Of a stretch of DNA of 32,000 nucleotides, positions 1-6,971 are shown piece after piece (position 1 is the first letter of the stretch; each line of letters starts with the position of its first letter). Below the pieces are notes generated by a model. It saw only the letters and a list, made by a program, of their open reading frames with translations, ran no database searches and was not told the DNA's origin. The translations under genes were made by a program, and so were the position numbers. The DNA comes from Schaalia meyeri (GTDB taxonomy: Bacteria > Actinomycetota > Actinomycetes > Actinomycetales > Actinomycetaceae), in contig NZ_FNLK01000015.1 of the NCBI RefSeq assembly GCF_900105015.1, positions 120,001 to 152,000 of the forward strand, in the 5' to 3' direction.

Positions 1-693
1 GGCCGCGTCGATGCCATACGCGCCGCGGCCGAAGTAGATGGTGTTCATGTAGGCGCCGATCACCTCGTCCTTGGACTTTTCCCGGTTGATCTTGATCGCC
101 AGCACAGCTTCCTTGAGCTTGCCGCCATACGACGTGGTTTCACCGACGTAGTAGCGTTCGACGTATTGCTGGGTGAGCGTTGAGCCGCCCTGGCGCGCGC
201 CGCCAAGCAGGTTGTTCACCAGGGCTCGGGCGATGCCCTTCAGGTCGACGCCGGAGTTCGTGTAGAACGTGCGGTCCTCGGAGGCGACGATCGCCTTGGA
301 GACGTAATCGGGCAGCGTCGTCGTGTCGATGATCTGCCGGTTGATGTCGCCGAGCGTCCCGATCTCGGTGGTGCCATCCGCGTAGTAGACCGCTGTTTTC
401 TGTGCGAGCGCCAGATCGTCCGGGGCGGGCACGGCCAGCGTGTTATAGAGGTACAGGAACACGCCCATGCCGGCGATAAAGGCACCGAGGATGAGGGTCA
501 GGAACCCAAAGCCGATGCGCTTGGCCCAGCGCCTCTTTTTCTTCGCGGGGCCCTTTCGTCCCTCCGACGAGGCCGTGGCGGCCTTCCTGGATGAGCGCGT
601 GGCGGGCGCTGAGGTCACCGAACGCCGCGAGGGCGCCTGATCGGGCCCGGCCGCGTTCGTTCCGCCCGACCCGATGATGTCGTTCCAGTCCAT
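1..693 (-). CDS. Class A penicillin-binding protein (GT51 transglycosylase), N-terminal part only; the gene continues past the window start
   Basis: Absent from the ORF track because it runs off the window. My minus-strand translation from ATG 693 gives MDWNDIIGSGG...KKKRRWAKRIGFGFLTLILGAFIAGMGVFLYLY (basic tail plus TM). It continues ...IVASEDRTFYTNSGVDLKGIARALV..RQGGSTLTQQYVERYY..KLKEAVLAIKINREKSKDEVIGAYMNTIYFGRGAYGIDAA, carrying GT51 motifs (EDxxF, GGSTxTQQ, KxxE, YFGxGxYGI). The frame ends exactly at nt 1. An alternative in-frame GTG lies at 723, and an upstream in-frame TAG limits the start. Confidence 0.8.
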   Translation of the reverse strand, partial: MDWNDIIGSGGTNAAGPDQAPSRRSVTSAPATRSSRKAATASSEGRKGPAKKKRRWAKRIGFGFLTLILGAFIAGMGVFLYLYNTLAVPAPDDLALAQKTAVYYADGTTEIGTLGDINRQIIDTTTLPDYVSKAIVASEDRTFYTNSGVDLKGIARALVNNLLGGARQGGSTLTQQYVERYYVGETTSYGGKLKEAVLAIKINREKSKDEVIGAYMNTIYFGRGAYGIDAA

Positions 694-847
694 TTGTCCG
701 TTGTGAGTCGCCACGTGTTCGCCCTTTCGCGGATTGTTGTATCTCTAGCGTAACCGTGTTTCCCCGAAGATCCCCAAAGTATGGGGTGCGACACAGAGGA
801 TGCGCAGTCGCGCGATCGCCTGTTCGAGGCCACAATGCCGGGTCAGT

Positions 848-2314
848 TCACGACCACTGTTCCTCGGGCCTGCCCGGGGCCGCCCACAGGGTGTGAAAGA
901 CGCCTTCCTTATCCGTGCGACGGTAGGTGTGGGAGCCGAAGAAGTCGCGCTGAGCCTGGATGAGGGCGGCGGGCAGGCGGGTCGCGCGGATCTGGTCGAA
1001 GTAGGCCAGCGAGGACGCGAACACGGGGATCGGGACCCCGGCCAGGGCCGCCTGAGAGACGATGCGACGCAGCGCGGGCGTGCACTCTTCGAATCGGGTC
1101 GCGAAGGGCTGCGCGGCCAGCAGGAGCGGCAGGGAGGGGTCGGCCTCGTAGGCGCGCGTGATGTCATCGAGGAACGCCGCGCGGATGATGCAGCCGTCGC
1201 GCCAGATGCGGGCCAGCGCCCCCTTGTCGATGTCCCAGCCGTATTCGGCGGCTCCGGCCTCGATTTCGTCGAAACCCTGCGAATAGGCGACGATCTTGGA
1301 GGCAAAGAGGGCGCGCCGCACATCCTCCACGAAGGCGGCCCGGGCCTCGTCCGTGTCGATGACGAGGGGGGAGGCGTTTCCGGCCATCCCCTGTCCGGCC
1401 GAGCGCTGAGCCGAGCCCGAGGAGGCCCCGCGCGCGAACGTCGCTTCGCCGATGGCGGTCACGGGGACGGCCAGGTCCAGGGCGGTCTGCACCGTCCACT
1501 TGCCGGTGCCCTTTTGCGAGGCAGCATCGACGATGAGGTCAACGAGCGGCGCGCCCGTGGATGCGTCCACCTGGCGCAGCACCTCGGCGGTGATCTCGAT
1601 CAGGTAAGAGTTGAGCTCGCCCCGGTTCCAGGTCGCGAAGATGTCCGCGATCTCACCGGGCTCGGCGCCCAGGCCCTCGCGCAGCAGGGCGTATGCCTCG
1701 GCGATGACCTGCATGTCGGCGTACTCGATGCCGTTGTGAACCATCTTCACGAAGTGGCCCGCACCGTTCGCGCCGATGTACGTGCAGCAGGGCACGCCGT
1801 CGTAGGTGGCGGAGATCGTCTCGAACATGGGGCCCAGGCGGTCGTACGAGGCCGGTGTTCCTCCCGGCATAATGGACGGCCCCCACAGGGCCCCCTCCTC
1901 GCCGCCGGAAACGCCCGCGCCCACGAAGTGCAGGCCGCGCTCGGCCACCCATTTCTCGCGGCGAATCGTGTCGGTGAACAGCGAGTTTCCGCAGTCGACT
2001 ATGATATCGCCGTCCTCCATGAGGGCGGCCAACTGCTCCATGACGGCGTCCGTTGCCGGGCCCGCCTGGACCATGATGATGGCCACGCGCGGGGCGCGCA
2101 GGGAGGCGACGAAACCCTCCAGGGTGGAGGAGGGAACGAAGGTTCCCTGGTCGCCGTGCTCCCTGATGAGCCTGTCGGTGCGCGCCTGCGTGCGGTTAAA
2201 AACGGCGGTCGCGTAGCCGTTGCGGGCCAGGTTGCGGGCCAGGTTCGCGCCCATCACACCCAGTCCGTACACGCCGATGTCGGCCGACGCCTTCTCGGGG
2301 GTAAACGTGCTCAT
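848..2314 (-). CDS. gnd: 6-phosphogluconate dehydrogenase, decarboxylating
   Basis: Track ORF 848..2368. The sequence GVYGLGVMGANLARNLARNG (Rossmann fold), GAGVSGGEEGA, GAGHFVKMVHNGIEYADMQ and FFGSHTYRR are classic Gnd signatures. Start trimmed to ATG 2314 (MSTFTPEK), preceded by AAGGAG about 8 nt upstream. Confidence 0.9.
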   Translation of the reverse strand: MSTFTPEKASADIGVYGLGVMGANLARNLARNGYATAVFNRTQARTDRLIREHGDQGTFVPSSTLEGFVASLRAPRVAIIMVQAGPATDAVMEQLAALMEDGDIIVDCGNSLFTDTIRREKWVAERGLHFVGAGVSGGEEGALWGPSIMPGGTPASYDRLGPMFETISATYDGVPCCTYIGANGAGHFVKMVHNGIEYADMQVIAEAYALLREGLGAEPGEIADIFATWNRGELNSYLIEITAEVLRQVDASTGAPLVDLIVDAASQKGTGKWTVQTALDLAVPVTAIGEATFARGASSGSAQRSAGQGMAGNASPLVIDTDEARAAFVEDVRRALFASKIVAYSQGFDEIEAGAAEYGWDIDKGALARIWRDGCIIRAAFLDDITRAYEADPSLPLLLAAQPFATRFEECTPALRRIVSQAALAGVPIPVFASSLAYFDQIRATRLPAALIQAQRDFFGSHTYRRTDKEGVFHTLWAAPGRPEEQWS

Positions 2315-2422
2315 TGGGTGACTCTCCTTAGGAATCGTTCGATTGTCACCAGCGTACGGCGGTGCCACCGGGGGTGCACCGCGCGCGGGCGTGACGATGG
2401 TCGCGGCGCGACCGCGGTCGTG

Positions 2423-4024
2423 CTACTGCTCGTTTCGCGCGGCCTTCGCGGCGGCCTTGCGCGCCTTTTTTTCCGCGACCTTCGCCTCCCAGCGGGCCTG
2501 CTGAGCCTGGTACTCCTCAGCCAGGGCGCGCACCTCATCCGAAGCCCACCAGTCCAGGAGCGCCTCGCGAGCCGCATCCTCGCCGAGGGGGCCGCGCTCC
2601 ATGCGCAGCTCCAGCAGGTAGTCGCGGGCGATCTTGACGGCACGGGACGGGCGCAGGCCCAAGATCTCCATGATCTGGTCGCCGTCGAGGTCGGGACGGA
2701 TCGCGTCCAGCTCCTCCTGCTCGCGCAGGGCGGCGATCCGCGCCTCAAGATCGTCGTAGGCAGCCGACAGGTAGTTGGCCTTGCGGCGGTTACGGGTCGT
2801 GCAGTCGGCGCGCGTGAGGCGATGCAGCCGCTCCAGCAGGTCGCCCGCGTCTGCGACGTAGCGGCGCACCGCGGAGTCGGACCAGGCGGTCTCCCCGTAG
2901 CCGTGGAAGCGCAGGTGCAGGGCGACCAGCCTCGTGACGGCCTCGATCGTGGCCTTGTCGAAGTGGAGGGCCTTCATGCGCTTGCGCGTCATCTTCGCGC
3001 CGACGATCTCGTGGTGGTGGAAGGACACGGAACCATTCGGCTCGAAGCGGCGCGTTGCCGGTTTGCCCACGTCGTGCATGAGGGCCGCGAAGCGCAGGAT
3101 GAAATCGGGGGCGGGGACGGGCCCGTCCGGGCTGGTCTCCAGGTCCATGGCCTGCTCGACGACGGTGAGGGTGTGCTCGTAGACGTCCTTGTGGCGCTTG
3201 TGCTCATCGACCGTGGACACCAGCGCCGTGACCTCGGGCAGGACGATGTCGGCGACGCCCGTGTGGACCATCAGCTCAATGCCGCGGCGCGGGTGGGGCG
3301 AGACGATGAGCCGTTCAAGTTCCGCGCGGATGCGTTCGGCGGAGACGATCTTGAGGCGCGAGGCCATGGTTTCCATGGCCTTCATGACGCCTTCGTCAAC
3401 GTCGAGGCCCAGCTGCGCAGAGAAACGCGCGGCGCGCATGATGCGCAGCGGGTCATCGTCGAAGGACTGTTCGGCGGAGACGGGGGTGCGCAGGTTGCCT
3501 GCGGCCAGGTCGGCCAGGCCGCCGCAGGGGTCAACGAGCGCCATCTGCGGCAATCGCATCGCCATCGCATTGACCGTGAAGTCACGACGCGTCAGGTCGC
3601 CCTCAAGCGTGTCGCCGAAAGTGACCTCGGGCTTGCGCGAACCGATCTCGTATTCGTCGGTGCGGTAGGTCGTCACCTCGACGACCAGGTCCCCGCGGCG
3701 GCCGCCGATCGTGCCGAACTCCTTGCCGATGTCCCAGGTGGAGTTGCCCCACTTCGCCAGCAGCTCCTCGGTGCGCTCCGGGCGCGCGGAGGTCGCCATA
3801 TCGAAGTCGTTTGGCGTCACTCCCAGGAACGCGTCGCGCACCGGTCCGCCGACGAGCGCCAGCTCCTCCCCTGCCCGGTCAAAAATCGTGCCGAGTTCCA
3901 TAATTGCGGGCGGCAGCGCGGCGAATGTCCTCGTGGCGTTTGCCATGAGGGCGGGAATGTCCGTCGTTTCGCCGTTTTGTGCGCTCACGGGAACAACGCG
4001 GGGGGAGGCTGACTGAGTACTCAT
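2423..4024 (-). CDS. cca: CCA tRNA nucleotidyltransferase / poly(A) polymerase family with HD domain (counterpart of mycobacterial PcnA)
   Basis: 533 aa. LALVGGPVRDAFLG..NDFDMAT is the nucleotidyltransferase head, RDFTVNAM follows, and an HD-type region (ALMHDVGKP) is present. Divergent from a NUDIX gene, as in Mycobacterium Rv3907c/Rv3908. Confidence 0.85.
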   Translation of the reverse strand: MSTQSASPRVVPVSAQNGETTDIPALMANATRTFAALPPAIMELGTIFDRAGEELALVGGPVRDAFLGVTPNDFDMATSARPERTEELLAKWGNSTWDIGKEFGTIGGRRGDLVVEVTTYRTDEYEIGSRKPEVTFGDTLEGDLTRRDFTVNAMAMRLPQMALVDPCGGLADLAAGNLRTPVSAEQSFDDDPLRIMRAARFSAQLGLDVDEGVMKAMETMASRLKIVSAERIRAELERLIVSPHPRRGIELMVHTGVADIVLPEVTALVSTVDEHKRHKDVYEHTLTVVEQAMDLETSPDGPVPAPDFILRFAALMHDVGKPATRRFEPNGSVSFHHHEIVGAKMTRKRMKALHFDKATIEAVTRLVALHLRFHGYGETAWSDSAVRRYVADAGDLLERLHRLTRADCTTRNRRKANYLSAAYDDLEARIAALREQEELDAIRPDLDGDQIMEILGLRPSRAVKIARDYLLELRMERGPLGEDAAREALLDWWASDEVRALAEEYQAQQARWEAKVAEKKARKAAAKAARNEQ

Positions 4025-4093
4025 CGCCCCTAAGCATGCCAGGAAAGCGCCCTGGTCGACTACCGGGGGCCGCCCAACGGTTAAAGTGGAGTC

Positions 4094-4627
4094 ATGCCTG
4101 CACGTTCAGTTAACCGCCGATCCGGGGTGCCCAGACCCCCGCGTCGGTCCGCTTCTGTGCGCGTGGGCCGCTCTCACCTGCCGATTTGTGCGGAAACCAG
4201 CGCGGGCGGCATCGTCGTTGATGTACGTGACGGAATTCCCTATGCCGCGTTGATCGCCAGGCGCAATCGGGCTGGCCGGGTCGAGTGGTGCCTGCCGAAG
4301 GGTCACCTGGAAGGGTCCGAAACCCCCCAGCAGGCCGCGCTGCGCGAGGTCGCGGAGGAAACCGGCATTCACGGCCGCATTATTCGTCACCTGGCCTCGA
4401 TCGACTACTGGTTTTCGGGCAGCGACCGCCGTGTTCATAAGGTCGTGCACCACTACCTGATGGGCTACGAGTGCGGAACCATCAGCGTCGACGGGGACCC
4501 GGATCACGAGGCCGAGGAGGCAGCCTGGGTTCCCCTGCGGGACGTGTCCCGGCAGCTGGCCTACCCCAACGAGCGCCGCATCGTCCGCATCGCCCTGGAC
4601 CTGCTGTATCGGGATGGCCGTGAATAG
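4094..4627 (+). CDS. NUDIX hydrolase (MutT4-like position)
   Basis: Nudix box GHLEGSETPQQAALREVAEETGI (GX5EX7REUXEEXGU). The Arg-rich first ~35 codons may not all be translated, so the start is uncertain. Confidence 0.8.
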   Translation: MPARSVNRRSGVPRPPRRSASVRVGRSHLPICAETSAGGIVVDVRDGIPYAALIARRNRAGRVEWCLPKGHLEGSETPQQAALREVAEETGIHGRIIRHLASIDYWFSGSDRRVHKVVHHYLMGYECGTISVDGDPDHEAEEAAWVPLRDVSRQLAYPNERRIVRIALDLLYRDGRE

Positions 4628-6971
4628 GCGCGCGGCTTGGGTGGCCGCCCTGTTAGCGGCGATTATGCTTCCCTTCGGTCTCGGATTCCACCAGACCGGG
4701 GCTGATCCGCTGCCCGCGCAAGAGCCGAAATCCGGTGATTCCCGGCCGGCGGTCATGGGAACAGCTCCAACCGAGTCGGGGCTGTCGGTCTCGATTAACT
4801 CCCTGTCCCCACGGATCATTACAAACGAGAGTGAAGTAGTCATATCCGGCACGGTACGAAACACTTCGCCGACGACGCTCGCGTCCGTGTCTCTCGAAAC
4901 TTTCGTGGCCAACGAGACGCCCATCTCGGTCGCGGCGCTCACAAACGCGCTCACCGAGGACGAGCCGGATGCCACGCACGTCGCGTCGGCCTCGCTGTCC
5001 AACGTCGCCAGGGGCGCCACCGTTTCCTTCGAGATCCGCATCCCTACGTCGTCGCTGCCGCTGTCCGACGCGCACGAGTGGGGGCCGCGCGTTGCCACCG
5101 TCACTGCCTCTTCCGGCGAGTACTCCGGTAAGGATCGCTCGATCATCGTGTGGGACTCGGGCGCGCAGGTGTCCGCTTCCCGCGTGAGCACCGTGGTCCC
5201 CTGGACCTCGACGGGCGCCAAGCAGGACCAGGCCGAACGCTCCGCCGTCCTGAATCTGGCCGGCACGTCCGGCGTGACGCTGGCTGTCGATCCCCTGATG
5301 ATCCCCCACGGTCCCCAGCCCACGGCATCGCCCAGCCCGTCCCCCTCCCCCGATGCGAAACAGTCGGGCCAGTCCGGGCAATCTGAGGGCCAGTCCGGGC
5401 AATCGGGCCCACCCACAGCCTCGCCCAGCCCGTCCTCCACCCCGACGCCCGCGCCCACGTCGACCGACCCCGCCCAGCGCTCCCGCGACTTGCAGGCCGA
5501 GGCCTTCGTGTCGTCCTTCATGTCCACCGCGACGGAGGTCATCGCACTCCCCGAGGGCGACGCCGACTTCGGCGCGATAGCCCTGTCGAGCAACTCCGAC
5601 TTCTGGGACCGCGCATTGCGCTCCATTGACCGCTTCCCATCCACCTTGCGCGAAGCCGGTTGGGTGGCCCCAGTTCCCACGCCCAGCCCCTCACCGTCCA
5701 GTTCCGCCTCGCCCAGCGCGGCAGCGGGCACGACGACCAGCGGGGCCGGGCAGAGCGCCACCGTGACGAGCAAGCCCGATTCGGGTCCGACGGTCCTGCG
5801 CAACGTCGCATGGTCGGCTGACGCGACCTTCGGCACGTCCTTACTGACGAACTTCGCGTCCTTAGACCAGATCACGATTGCCCCGGCATCGGCCCTCGCC
5901 CCCGCAGACGAGGTTCCTTTCACGTCCTTCGCGCGCGTCAACGTCAACACCGAGACCGGGGAAACGACGACGGATGGCTCCGGGGCACACGCGCTCGCTC
6001 AGCAGGCCGACATCGCGGCGATCCTGTCCTGGAACGCCAGCGGCGGCGACCAGCTGGACGCCGAGCAGGCCCTCACCGCGATCACGGCGATCATCGCGCG
6101 CGAGCGGCCGTCCTCGTCGCGCACCCTCTTCGCCGCCGCCGGCCGCGGAACCGCCATCAACGAACCGCTCACCAGCCGCATGAACGCGCTCTTATCGCCT
6201 CGCTGGGTGAGCCCCGTGTCCTTCACCGACATCACTGCCAGCGAACCTACGGACGTCGAACGCCAGACGGTCGGAGGGGGAACTCTCGAGACCGACACGT
6301 CAACCGCCATCACGTCCATGGCCTCCTCCCTCACCCAGCTCGCGCCGCTCGCCAACGCAACGAACGACCCCGAGGCCGTCTACGCGTCCGTCACGCCCCA
6401 GATCCTGCCCTCCCTGTCCGCCCAGCTCTCGCCCAGTGGGCAACTGGATGCGGCAACGCGTTTCACATCCCAGGTCACGAAGCTCCTGTCCTCCGTGAGC
6501 GTCGAACCCTCCTCGGCCGTCAACCTCATCAACAAGTCCGCGAATTTCCCCGTCCTGGTGCGCAACAACCTCGCGTGGCCGATCCGAGTCGACGTCACCC
6601 TCGTGCCCGACGACCCGCGCCTGCGCGCGACCCCGGCGCTGTCCCAGGTGCTCGCGGCGAAAGCCGCCACCACCGTCGAGGTTCCCGTCGGGGCGATCGG
6701 CAGCGGCAACATCAAGGTCACCTACAAGGTCACCACCCCCGACCATGTCGTCCTCGACGACTCCCGGACCGTCACCGTGCGCATGCGAGCGGGGTGGGAA
6801 GACACGATCACCGCCGTCATCGCCTCCCTCTTCGGGCTCCTCTTCCTGGTCGGCATCACGCGCTCGCTGCGCAATCGGGCCTCCCGACGAGTACGGGCGA
6901 GGCAGGAAACGCCCGCCGCCAAGAACAAACCCACCGAATCAGAGACCGCCACCGACAAGGAGTCCCCATGA
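4614..6971 (+). CDS. Large exported/membrane-anchored protein, DUF6049-like (Rv3909-like position upstream of murJ)
   Basis: 785 aa. N-terminal signal/TM (AAWVAALLAAIMLPFGLG), Pro/Ser/Thr low-complexity linkers and a C-terminal TM (ITAVIASLFGLLFLVGI) followed by a basic tail. Overlaps the NUDIX stop by 14 nt and shares ATGA with the murJ start. The family name is from memory of actinobacterial annotations and was not searched. Confidence 0.7.
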   Translation: MAVNRRAAWVAALLAAIMLPFGLGFHQTGADPLPAQEPKSGDSRPAVMGTAPTESGLSVSINSLSPRIITNESEVVISGTVRNTSPTTLASVSLETFVANETPISVAALTNALTEDEPDATHVASASLSNVARGATVSFEIRIPTSSLPLSDAHEWGPRVATVTASSGEYSGKDRSIIVWDSGAQVSASRVSTVVPWTSTGAKQDQAERSAVLNLAGTSGVTLAVDPLMIPHGPQPTASPSPSPSPDAKQSGQSGQSEGQSGQSGPPTASPSPSSTPTPAPTSTDPAQRSRDLQAEAFVSSFMSTATEVIALPEGDADFGAIALSSNSDFWDRALRSIDRFPSTLREAGWVAPVPTPSPSPSSSASPSAAAGTTTSGAGQSATVTSKPDSGPTVLRNVAWSADATFGTSLLTNFASLDQITIAPASALAPADEVPFTSFARVNVNTETGETTTDGSGAHALAQQADIAAILSWNASGGDQLDAEQALTAITAIIARERPSSSRTLFAAAGRGTAINEPLTSRMNALLSPRWVSPVSFTDITASEPTDVERQTVGGGTLETDTSTAITSMASSLTQLAPLANATNDPEAVYASVTPQILPSLSAQLSPSGQLDAATRFTSQVTKLLSSVSVEPSSAVNLINKSANFPVLVRNNLAWPIRVDVTLVPDDPRLRATPALSQVLAAKAATTVEVPVGAIGSGNIKVTYKVTTPDHVVLDDSRTVTVRMRAGWEDTITAVIASLFGLLFLVGITRSLRNRASRRVRARQETPAAKNKPTESETATDKESP
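5366..5407. repeat. 21-nt imperfect tandem repeat x2 inside the DUF6049-like gene (encodes GQSGQSE/GQSGQSG)
   Basis: gggccagtccgggcaatc occurs at 5366-5383 and again at 5387-5404. The segment is bracketed by identical 15-mers tcgcccagcccgtcc at 5328-5342 and 5421-5435, 93 nt apart and in frame. Confidence 0.85.

Noticed and set aside
800-4012. 1070-aa plus-strand ORF spanning the region antisense to gnd and cca
   Set aside because: This is a shadow ORF typical of high-GC DNA. Its translation is R/G/A/D/V-rich low complexity with no recognisable motifs, while the opposite strand encodes two proteins with unmistakable Gnd and CCA-transferase signatures.
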